DNA from: Raillietiella orientalis | Lineage: Eukaryota | DNA: 64,000 nucleotides | Direction of reading: 5' to 3' | Assembly (NCBI GenBank): GCA_036172245.1 | Contig: JAYWIR010000112.1 | Coordinates: 1-64,000, forward strand | In this document: positions 52,801-64,000 of the stretch, piece by piece | Numbering within the stretch: the first letter of the stretch is position 1 | Layout of the letters: each line of letters opens with the position of its first letter | Notes under the pieces: generated by a model | The model's input: only the letters and a program-made list of their open reading frames with translations | Told to the model about the DNA's origin: nothing | Databases searched by the model: none | Program-made: the position numbers and the translations under genes

Positions 52801-55800
52801 TTAGAAAGCGTGTGTTTTCCTTCAATGCTGTTCATTATGTGGTAAAAATTTAAAACTTTTGTGAGTTGTTATCAATTCTAAATCAGGACATTTCACCATT
52901 GCACTTTTGCTCTTTCTCGCGAAGCATCCATTTGCATTGAGCTGCCAGTTTACGGATTGGAGCCGCACTTCATTCCAATTTCCTGGTTTCCCAGCATGAA
53001 TAAGAGGTTTCCTACATTTCATTATGGTGGGCCACTTTTGACTCTGCGCTGTTTTCATGGCAACCAGCGTCGGAATTACAAAGCGAGTGTTTTCCTTCGA
53101 TGTGATACATTATGTGGTCAAAATTTACAACTTTTGTGAGTTGTTATCAATTCTAAATCAGGACATTTCACCATTGCACTTTTGCTCTTTCTCGCGAAGC
53201 ATCCATTTGCAGTGAGCTGCCAATTCACGGAATGGATCCGCACTTTATTCCAGTTTCTTTGTTTCAGTGGATCAATAAGAGGATTCCTACATTTCATTAT
53301 GGTGGGGCACTTTTGACTCTGCGCTGTTTTCAAGGCAACCAGCGTTTGAATTAGAAACCGAGTGTTTTCTTTCGATCTGATTCACGATGTGGTCAACATT
53401 TACATCTTTTGTTCATTGTATTTAATGCGAACTCAGGAGATTAAACCATTGCTCTTTTGCTCTTTCTTGCGAAGCATCCATTTGCAGTGAGCTGCCAATT
53501 CACGCAATGGAGCCGCACATCATTCCAATTTCTTTGTTGCAGTGGATCAATAAGAGGTTTCCTACATTTCATTATGATGGGGCACTTTTGACTCTGCGCT
53601 GTTTCCATGGCAACCAGCGTCTTTATTAGAAAGCAGGTGTTTTGCTTCGATCTGATTTATGATATGGTCAAAATTTACAACTTTTGTGAGTTGTCATCAA
53701 TTCTAAATCAGGACATTTCACCATTGCACTTTTGCTCTTTCTCGCGAAACATCCATTTGCAGTGAGCTGCAAATTCACAGAATGGAGCCGCACATCATTC
53801 CAATTTCTTGGTTTCAGACGATGACTAAGAGGATTCCTACATTTCCTTATGCTGGAGCACTTTTGACTCTTCGCTGTTTTCATGGCAACCAGCGTCGGGA
53901 TAAAAAAGCGAATGCTTTCCTTCGATCTGATTCATTATGTGGTCAAAATTTACAACTTTTGTGAGCTGTAATCAATTGCAAATCAAAACATTTCACCATT
54001 GCTCTTTTGCTCTTCCTCGCGAAGCATCCATTTGCAGTGAGCTGCCAATTCACGGAGTCGAGCCGCACTTCATTCCAATTTCCTGGTTTCCGAGGATGAA
54101 TAAGATGTTTCCTACATTTCATTATGGTGGGGCACTTTTGACTCTGCGCTGTTTTCATGGCAACCAGCGTCGGAATTAGAATGCAGGTGTTTTCCTTCGA
54201 TCTGATTTATGATATGGTCAAAATTTACAACTTTTGTGAGTTGTTATCAATTCTAAATCAGGACATTTCACCATTGCACTTTTGCTCTTTCTCGCGAAAC
54301 ATCCATTTGCAGTGAGCTGCAAATTCACAGAATGGAGCCGCACATCATTCCAATTTCTTGGTTTCAGACGATGACTAAGAGGATTCCTACATTTCCTTAT
54401 GCTGGAGCACTTTTGACTCTGCGCTGTTTTCAAGGCAACCAGCGTTTGAATTAGAAACCGAGTGTTTTCTTTCGATCTGATTCACGATGTGGTCAACATT
54501 TACATCTTTTGTTTATTGTATTTAATTCGAACTCAGGAGATTAAACCATTGCTCTTTTGCTCTTTCTTGCGAAGCATCCATTTGCAGTCAGTTGCAAATT
54601 CACGGAGTGGAGCCGCACATCATTCCAATTTTTTGGTTTCAGAGGATGACTAAGTGGATTCCTGCATTTCATTATGGTTGGACCCTTTTGACTCTGCGCT
54701 GTTTTCATGTCAACCAGCGTCGGAATTAGAAAGCAGCTGTTTTCCTTCGATCTGATTTATTATGTGGTCAAAATTTACAACTTTTGTGAGTTGTAATCAA
54801 TTGCAAATCAAAACATTTCACCATTGCTCTTTTGCTCTTTCTCACGAAGAATCCATTTGCAGTGAGCTGCCAATTCACGGAGTGGAGCCGCACTTCATTC
54901 CAATTTCCTGGTTTCAGAGGATGACTAAGTGAATTCCTACATTTCAATATACTGGGGCACTTTTGACTTTGTGTTGTTTTCATGGTAACCAGAGTCGGAA
55001 TTAGAAAGCGAATGCTTTCCTTCGATCTGATTCATTATGTGGTCAAAATTTACAACTTTTGTGAGTTGTTATCAATTCTAAATCAGGACATTTCACCATT
55101 GCACTTTTGCTCTTTCTCCCGAAACATCCATTTGCAGTGAGCTGCAAATTCACACAATGGAGCCGCACAGCATTCCAATTTTTTGGTTTCAGAGGATGAC
55201 TAAGAGGATTTCTACATTTGATTATGGTGGGGTACTTTTGACTCTGCGCTGTTTTCAAGGCAACCAGTGTCTGAATTAGAAAGCGAGTGTTTTCCTTCGA
55301 TGCTATTCATTATGTGGTCAAAATTTGCAACTTTTGTGAGTTGTAATCAATTGCAAAGCAGGAAATTTCATCATTGCACTTTTGCTCTTTCTCGCGAAAC
55401 ATCCATTTGCAGTAAGCTGCAAATTCACGGAGTATAGCCGAACATCATTGCAATTTCTTGGTTTGAGAGGATGACTAAGAGGATTCCTACATTTAATTAT
55501 GGTGGGGCACTTTTGACTCTGCGCTGTTTTCATGGCAACCAGCGTGGGGATAAAAAAGCGAATGCTTTCCTTCGATCTGATTTATTATGTGGTCAAAATT
55601 TACAACTTTTGTGAGCTGTTATCAATTGCAAATCAAAACATTTCACCATTGCTCTTTTGCTCTTCCTCGCGAAGCATCCATTTGCAGTGAGCTGCCAATT
55701 CACGGAGTGGAGCCGCACTTCATTCCAATTTCCTGGTTTCCGAGGATGAATAAGAGGTTTCCTACATTTCATTATGGTGGGGCACTTTTGACTCTGCGCT

Positions 55801-58800
55801 GTTTTCATGGCAACCAGCGTCGGAATTAGAAAGCAGGTGTTTTCCTTCGATCTGATTTATTATGTGGTCAAAATTTACAACTTTTGTGAGTTGTTATCAA
55901 TTCTAAATCAGGACATTTCTTTATTGCACTTTTGCTCTTTCTCGCGAAGCATCCATTTGCAGTGAGCTTCCAATTCACGGAATGGAGCCGCACTTCATTC
56001 CAATTTCTTTGTTTCAGTGGATCAATAAGAGGATTCCTACATTTCGTTATGGTGAGGCACTTTTGACTCTGCGCTGTTTTCATGGCAATCAGCGTCGGAA
56101 TCAGAAAGCGAGTGTTTTCCTTCGATGTGATTCAATATGTGGTAAAAATTTACAAATTTTGTGGGTTGTTATCAATTCTAAATGAGGACATTTCACCATT
56201 GCACTTTTGCTCTTTCTCGCGAAGCATCCATTTGCAGTGAGCTTCCAATTCACGGAATGGAGCCGCACTTCATTCCAATTTCTTTGTTTCAGTGGATGAA
56301 TAAGAGGATTCCTACATATCATTATGGTGGGGCACTTTTGACTCTTCGCTGTTTTCGTGGCAATCAGCGTCGGATTTAGAAAGCGAGTGTTTTCCTTCTT
56401 TGTGATTCATTATGTGGTCAAAATTTACAAGTTTTGTGGGTTGTAATTAATTCGAACTCAGGAGTTTAAGCCATTGCTCTTTTGCTCTTTCTTGCGAAGC
56501 TTCCGTTTGCAGTGAGCTGCAAATACACAGAGTGGAGCCGAACATCATCCCAATTCCTTGGTTTCAGAGGATGACTAAGAGGATTCCTACATTTAATTAT
56601 GGTGGGGCACTTTTGACTTTGCGCTGTTTTCATGGCAACCAGCGTCGCAATTAGAAAGCGAATGTTTTCCTTCGATCTCATTTATTATGTGCTCAAAACT
56701 TACAACTTTTTTGAGTTGTAATCAATTGCAAATTAGGACATTTCACAATTGCACTTTTGCTTTTTCTCGCGAAACAACCGTTTGCAGTGAGCTGCAAATT
56801 CATAGAGTGGAGCGGAATATGATTCCAATTTCTTGGTTTCAGACGATAACTAAGATGATTCCTACATTTCCTTATGCTGGAGCACTTTTGACTCTGCGCT
56901 GTTTTCAAAACAACCAGCGTTTGAATTAGAAACCGAGTGTTTTCTTTCGATCTGATTCACGAAGTGGTCAACATTTACATCTTTTGTTTGTTGTATTTAA
57001 TTCGAACTCAGGAGATTAAACCATTGCTCTTTTGATCTTTCTTGCGAAGCATCCATTTGCAGTGAGCTGCCAATTCACGGAGTGGAGCCGCACTTCATTC
57101 CAATTTCCTGGTTTCCGAGGATGAATAAGAGGTTTCCTACATTTCATTATGGTGGGACCCTTTTGACTCTGCGCTGTTTTCATGGCAAATAGCGTCGGAA
57201 TTAGAAAGCAGGTGTTTTCCTTCCATCTGATTTATTATGTGGTCAAAATTTACAACTTTTGTGAGCTGTAATCAATTGCAAATCAAAACATTTCACCATT
57301 GCACTTTTGCTCTTTCTCGCGAAACATCCATTTGCAGTGAGCTGCCAATTCACGCAATGGAGCCGCACATCATTCCAATTTCTTTGTTTCAGTGGATGAA
57401 TAAGAGGTTTCCTACATTTCCTTATGCTGGAGCACTTTTGACTCTGCGCTGTTTTCAAGGCAACCAGCGTTTGAATTAGAAACCGAGTGTTTTCTTTCGA
57501 TCTGATTCACGATGTGGTCAACATTTACATCTTTTGTTTATTGTATTTAATTCGAACTCAGGAGATTAAACCATTGCTCTTTTGCTCTTTCTTGCGAAGC
57601 ATCCATTTGCAGTGAGTTGCAAATTCACGGAGTGGAGCCGCACATCATTCCAATTTCCTGGTTTCAGAGGATGACTAAGTGAATTCCTACATTTCAATAT
57701 ACTGGGGCACTTTTGACTTTGTGTTGTTTTCATGGTAACCAGAGTCGGAATTAGAAAGCGAATGCTTTCCTTCGATCTGATTCATTATGTGGTCAAAATT
57801 TACAACTTTTGTGAGTTGTTATCAATTCTAAATCAGGACATTTCACCATTGCACTTTTGCTCTTTCTCGCGAAACATCCATTTGCAGTGAGCTGCAAATT
57901 CACGGAGTATAGCCGAACATCACTGCAATTTCTTGGTTTGAGAGGATGACTAAGAGGATTCCTACATTTAATTATGGTGGGGCACTTTTGAATCTGCTCT
58001 GTTTTCATGGCAATCAGCGTCGGAATTAGAAAGCGAGTGTTTTCCTTCGATGTCATTCATTATGTGGTAAAAATTTACAACTTTTTTGAGTTGTTATCAA
58101 TTCTAAATCAGGACATTTCACCATTGCACTTTTGCTCTTTCTCGCGAAACATCCATTTGCAGTGAGCTGCAAATTCACAGAATGGAGCCGGACATCATTT
58201 CACTTTCTTTGTTTCAGAGGATGAATAGGAGCATTCCTACATTTCATTATGGTGGGGCACTTTTGACTCTGCGCTGTTTCCATGCCAACCAGCGTCAGAA
58301 TTAGAAAGCGAGTGTTTTCCTTCGATCTGATTCATTATGTGGTCAAAATTTACAACTTTTGTGAGTTATATATCAATTCTAAATCAGGTGATTTCACCAT
58401 TGCACTTTTGCTCTTTCTCGCGAAACAACCATTTGCAGTGAGCTGCAAATTCACAGAATGGAGCCGCACATCATTCCAATTTCTTTGTTTCAGAGGATGA
58501 ATAGGAGGATTCCTACATTTCATTATGGTGGGGCACTTTTGACTCTGTGCTGTTTCCATGCCAACCGGCGTCAGAATTAGAAAGCGAGTGTTTTCCTTCG
58601 ATCTGATTCATTATGTGGTCAAAATTTACAACTTTTGTGAGTTGTAATCAATTGCAAATCAGGAAATTTAATCATTGCACTTTTGCTCTTTCTCGCGAAA
58701 CATCCATTTGCAGTGAGCTGCAAATTCACGGAGTATAGCCGAACATCATTGCAATTTCTTGGTTTGAGAGGATGACTAAGAGGATTCCTACATTTAATTA

Positions 58801-61800
58801 TGGTGGGGCACTTTTGACTCTGCGCTGTTTTCATAGCAACCAGCGTCGGAATTAAAAAGCGAATGTTTTGCTTCGATCTGATTCACGATGTGGTCAAAAT
58901 TTACAAATTTTGTGGGTTGTAATTAATTCGAACTCAGGAGTTTAAGCCATTACTCTTTTGCTCTTTCTTGCGAAGCATACGTTTGCAGTGAGTTGCAAAT
59001 ACACGGAGTGGAGCTTAACATCATCCCAATTCCTTGGTTTCAGAGGATGACTAAGAGGATTCCTACATTTCATTATGGTGGGGCACTTTTGACTCTGTGC
59101 TGTTTCCATGCCAACCAGCGTCAGAATTAGAAAGCGAGTTTTTTCCTTCGATCTGATCCATTATGTGGTAAAAATTTACAACTTTTGTGAGTTGTAATCA
59201 ATTGCAAATCAGGAAATTTCATCATTGCACTTTTGCTCTTTCTCGCGAAACATCCATTTGCAGTGAGCTGCAAATTCACGGAGTATAGCCGAACATCACT
59301 GCAATTTCTTGGTTTGAGAGGATGACTAAGAGGATTCCTACATTTAATTATGGTGGGGCACTTTTTACTCTGCGATGTTTTCATGGCAACCAGCGTCGCA
59401 ATTAGAAAGCGAATGTTTTCCTTCGATCTCATTTATTATGTGCTCAAAACTTACAACTTTTTTGAGTTGTAATCAATTACAAATTAGGACATTTCACGAT
59501 TGCACTTTTGCTTTTTCTCGCGAAACAACCGTTTGCAGTGAGCTGCAAATTCATAGAGTGGAGCGGAACATCATTCCAATTTCTTGGTTTCAGACGATGA
59601 CTAAGATGATTCCTACATTTCCTTATGCTGGAGCACTTTTGACTCTGCGCTGTATTCAAGGCAACCAGCGTTTGATTTAGAAACCGAGTGTTTTCTTTCG
59701 ATCTGATTCACGAAGTGGTCAACATTTACATCTTTTGTTTGTTGTATTTAATTCGAACTCAGGAGATTAAACTATTGCTCTTTTGCTCTTTCTTGCGAAG
59801 CATCCATTTGCAGTGAGTTGCAAATTCACGGAGTGGAGCCGCACATCATTCCAATTTTTTGGTTCCAGAGGATGACTAAGTGGATTCCTGCATTTCATTA
59901 TGGGTGGACAATTTTGACTCTGCGCTGTTGTCATGGCAAATAGCGTAGGAATTAAAAAGCAGGTGTTTTCCTTCGATCTGATTTATTATGTGGCCAAAAT
60001 TTACAACTTTTGTGAGCTGTAATCAATTGCAAATCACAACATTTCACCATTGCTCTTTTGCTCTTCCTCGCGAAGCATCCATTTGCAGTGAGCTGCCAAT
60101 TCACGAAGTGGAGCCGCACTTCATTCCAATTTCCTGGTTTCCGAGGATGAATAAGAGGTTTCCTACATTTCATTATGGTGGGAACCTTTTGACTCTGCGG
60201 TGTTTTCATGGCAAATAGCGTCGGAATTAGAAAGCACGTGTTTTCCTTCGATCCGATTTATTATGTGGTCCAAATTTACAACATTTGTGAGTTGTTATCA
60301 ATTGCAAATCAAAACATTTCACCGTTGCTCTTTTGCTCTTTCTCGCGAAGCATCCATCTGCAGTGAGCTGCCAATTTCCTGGTTTCCGAGGATGAATAGG
60401 AGGTTTCCTACATTTCATTATGGTGGGACTCTTTTGACTCTGCGGTGTTTTCATGGCAAATAGCGTCGGAATTAGAAAGTAGGTGTTTTCCTTCGATCTG
60501 ATTTCTTATGTGGTCAAAATTTACAACTTTTGTGAGTTGTTATCAATTGCGAATCAAAACATTTCACCATTGCTCTTTTGCTCTTTCTCGCGAAGCATCC
60601 ATCTGCAGTGAGCTGCCAATTCACGCAATGGAGCCGCACATCATTCCAATTTCTTTGTTTCAGTGGATGAATAAGAGGTTTCCTACATTTCATTATGGTG
60701 GGGCACTTTTGACTCTGCGCTGTTTTCATGGCAACCAGCGTCGGGATTAGAAAGCAGGTGTTTTCCTTCGACCTGATTTATTATGTGGTCAAAATTTACA
60801 ACTTTTGTGAGTTGTTATCAATTCTAAATCAGGACATTTCACCATTGCACTTTTGCTCTTTCTCGCGAAACATCCATTTGCAGTGAGCTGCAAATTCACA
60901 GAATGGAGCCGCACATCATTCCAATTTCTTTGTTTCAGAGGATGAATAGGAGGATTCCTACATTTCATTATGGTGGGGCACTTTTGAATCTGCTCTGTTT
61001 TCATGGCAATCAGCGTCGGAATTAGAAAGCGAGTGTTTTCCTTCGATGTGATTCATTATGTGGTAAAAATTTTAGAACTTTTGTGAGTTGTTATCAATTC
61101 TAAATCAAAAAATTTCACCATTGCACTGTTGCTCTTTCTCGCGAAACATCCATTTGCAGTGAGCTGCAAATTCACAGAATGGAGCCGCACATCATTCCAA
61201 TTTCTTTGTTTCAGAGGATGAATAGGAGGATTCCTACATTTCATTATGGTGGGGCACTTTTGATTCTGCGCTGTTTTCATGGCAACCAGCGTTTGAATTA
61301 GAAACCGAGTGTTTTCTTTCGATCTGATTCACGAAGTGGTCAACATTTACATCTTTTGTTTATTGTATTTAATTCGAACTCAGGAGATTGAACCATTGCT
61401 CTTTTGCTCTTTCTTGCGAAGCATCCATTTGCAGTGAGTTGCAAATTCACGGAGTGGAGCCGCACATCATTCCAATTTCTTGGTTTCAGAGGATGACTAA
61501 GAGGATTCCTGGATTTCATTATGGTGGGGAACTGTTGACTCTGTGTTGTTTTCATGGCATCCAGCGTCGGAATTAGAAAGCGAATGTTTTCCTTCGATCT
61601 GATTCATTATGTGGTCAAAATTTACAACTTTTGTGAGTTGTTATCAATTGCAAATTAGGACATTTCGCCATTGCACTTTTGCTTTTTCTCGCGAAACAAC
61701 CATTTGCAGTGAGCTGAAAATTCACGGAATGGAGGCTCACATCATTCCAATTTCTTGGTTTCAGACGATGACTAAGAGGATTCCTACATTTCCTTATGCT

Positions 61801-64000
61801 GGAGCACTTTTGACTCTGCGCTGTTTTCAAGGCAACCAGCGTTTGAATTAGAAACCGAGTGTTTTCTTTCGATCTGATTCACGATGTGGTCAACATTTAC
61901 ATCTTTTGTTCATTGTATTTAATTCGAACTCAGGAGATTAAACCATTGCTCTTTTGCTCTTTCTTGCGAAGCATCCATTTGCAGTGAGCTGCCAATTCAC
62001 GCAATGGAGCCGCACATCATTCCAATTTCTTTGTTGCAGTGGATCAATAAGAGGTTTCCTACATTTCATTATGATGGGGCACTTTTGACTCTGCGCTGTT
62101 TCCATGGCAACCAGCGTCTTTATTAGAAAGCAGGTGTTTTCCTTCGATCTGATTTATTATGTGGTCAAAATTTACAACTTTTGTGAGCTGTAATCAATTG
62201 CAAATCAAAACATTTCACCATTGCACTTTTGCTCTTTCTCGCGAAACATCCATTTGCAGTGAGCTGCCAATTCACGCAATTAAGCCGCACATCATTCCAA
62301 TTTCTTTGTTTCAGTGGATGAATAAGAGGTTTCCTACATTTCATTATGGTGGGCCACTTTTGACTCTGCGCTGTTTTCATGGCAACCAGCGTCGGAATTA
62401 GAAAGCAGGTGTTTTCCTTCGATCTGATTTATTATGTGGTCAAAATTTACAACTTTTGTGAGTTGTAATCAATTGCAAATCAAAACATTTCACCATTGCT
62501 CTTGTGCACTTTCTCGCGAAGAATTTATTTGCAGTGAGCTGCCAATTCACGGAGTGGAGCCGCACTTCATTCCAGTTTCCTGGTTTCAGAGGATGACTAA
62601 GTGGATTTCTACATTTCATTATACTGGGACACTTTTGACTTTGTGTTGTTTTCATGGTAACCAGCGTCGGAATTAGAAAGCGAATGCTTTCCTTCGATCT
62701 CATTCATTATGTGGTCAAAATTTACAACTTTTGTGAGTTGTTATCAATTCTAAATCAAAAAATTTCACCATTGCACTGTTGCTCTTAATCGCGAAACATC
62801 CATTTGCAGTGAGCTGCAAATTCACAGAATGGAGCCGCACATCATTCCAATTTGTTTGTTTCAGAGGATGAATAGGAGGATTCCTACATTTCATTATGGT
62901 GGGGCACTTTTGACTCTGCGCTGTTTTCATAGCAACCAGCATCGGAATTAAAAAGCGAATGTTTTGCTTCGATCTGATTAACGATGTGGTCAAAATTTAC
63001 AAATTTTGTGGGTTGTAATTAATTCGAACTCAGGAGTTTAAGCCATTACTCTTTTGCTTTTTCTTGCGAAGCATCCGTTTGCAGTGAGTTGCAAATACAC
63101 GGAGTGGAGCCGAACATCAACCCAATTCCTTGGTTTCAGAGGATGACTAAGAGGATTCCTACATTTCGTTATGGTGGGGCACTTTTGACTCTGTGCTGTT
63201 TCCATGCCAACCAGCGTCAGAATTAGAAAGCGAGTGTTTTCCTTCGATCTGATTCATTATGTGGTCAAAATTCACTTTGGGAGCGTCAACTCCTTACCAA
63301 ATCAGGAAATTTCATCATTGCACTTTTTGCTCTTTCTCGCGAAACATCCATTTGCAGTGAGCTGCAAATTCACGGAGTATAGCCGAACATCATTGCAATT
63401 TCTTGGTTTGAGAGGATGACTAAGGGATTTCTACATTTAATTATGGTGGGGCACTTTTGACTCTGCGCTGTTTTCACGGCAAGCAGCGTTCGAAATAGAA
63501 AGCGAGTGTTTTCCTTCGATGTGATCCATTATGTGGTATAAATTTAAAACTTTTGTTAGTTGTAATCAATTGCAAATCAGGACATTTCACCATTGCACTT
63601 TTGCTCTTTCTCTCGAAACAACCGTTCCTTGATGACATTGGTACCGAGGGGTTGAATTCTCGAATCCAACCTCACATCGCCTGCGGAGGATGACTAAGAT
63701 GATTCCTACATTTCCTTATGCTGGAGCACTTTTGACTCTGCGCTGTATTCAAGGCAACCAGCGTTTAAATTAGAAACAGAGTGTTTTCTTTCGATCTGGT
63801 TCACGAAGTGGTCAACATTTACATCTTTTGTTTGTTGTATTTAATTCGAACTCAGGAGACTAAACCATTGCTCTTTTGCTCTTTCTTGCGAAGCATCCAT
63901 TTGCAGTGAGCTGCCAATTCACGCAATGGAGCCGCACATCATTCCAATTTCTTTGTTTAAGAGGATGAATAGGAGGATTCCTACATTTCATTATGGTGGG
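50330..64000. repeat. Divergent, probably older, layer of the same satellite
   Basis: Many more substitutions per monomer and layer-specific variants (TTCGATCTGA, AAAGCAGGTG, ATCAAAACAT, GAATAAGAGG, CCTTATGCTGGAGC, CTGCCAATT) that are rare or absent at 11-46 kb. Confidence 0.88.

Larger units (their letters stand above)
1..64000. repeat. Tandem satellite DNA array, 275-bp monomer, ~233 copies, single orientation; array runs off both window edges
   Basis: The motif GAATTAGAAAGCGAG starts at 277 and 552 (spacing 275); its equivalent at 63767 is 231 monomers after 277 with a net drift of only -35 bp. Consensus read by eye: GAATTAGAAAGCGAGTGTTTTCCTTCGATGTGATTCATTATGTGGTCAAAATTTACAACTTTTGTGAGTTGTAATCAATTCCAAATCAGTACATTTCACCATTGCACTTTTGCTCTTTCTCGCGAAGCATCCATTTGCAGTGAGCTGCAAATTCACGGAATGGAGCCGCACATCATTCCAATTTCTTGGTTTCAGAGGATGACTAAGAGGATTCCTACATTTCATTATGATGGGGCACTTTTGACTCTGCGCTGTTTTCATGGCAACCAGCGTCG (275 nt, 113 G+C). 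The ORF track repeats at 275-bp steps. Confidence 0.99.

Noticed and set aside
65..63419. Hundreds of 60-125 aa ORFs on both strands (MWSKFTT..., MKTAQSQ...)
   Set aside because: All are translations of the same monomer and overlap on opposite strands. Stops, frameshifts and amino-acid changes vary freely between copies, and no domain is recognisable. The persistence of the 71-aa minus-strand ORF is explained by array homogeneity; only dN/dS well below 1 or ribosome/proteomic data would revive it.
63640..63659. KpnI and EcoRI sites suggesting vector polylinker contamination
   Set aside because: The sequence between the sites differs from the pUC polylinker (GAATTCGAGCTCGGTACC) and there is no flanking vector sequence; not supportable without a UniVec search.
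1..64000. CRISPR-like array or repeat-plus-variable-cassette system
   Set aside because: There are no unique spacers. The whole 275 bp is homologous between units, variation is scattered SNP haplotypes, and no associated genes are present.

Overview
The whole 64 kb window is a single head-to-tail tandem array of a 275-bp monomer (about 41% GC; 232 complete copies plus a partial last copy, all in the same orientation). This is typical of eukaryotic satellite DNA, plausibly centromeric or pericentromeric. I cannot assign the family or organism from sequence alone. There are no supportable genes, RNA genes, transposons or CRISPR arrays; every ORF in the track is a translation of the same monomer. 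The informative structure lies in the variant pattern. A homogeneous core (~10.7-45.9 kb) is flanked by layers with more divergent monomer types, mildly on the left and strongly from ~50.3 kb onward. Local higher-order periods of 2, 3/6, 4, 7, 8 and 11 monomers occur, along with distant in-register block copies. Each monomer carries two 8-bp dyads and traces of an internal ~137-bp duplication. There is one microhomology-flanked 30-bp deletion and one length-preserving ~59-bp non-satellite replacement near the right end. Two patches look like sequencing or consensus error. I find no evidence of a novel gene-encoded system. All counts and offsets were read by hand.
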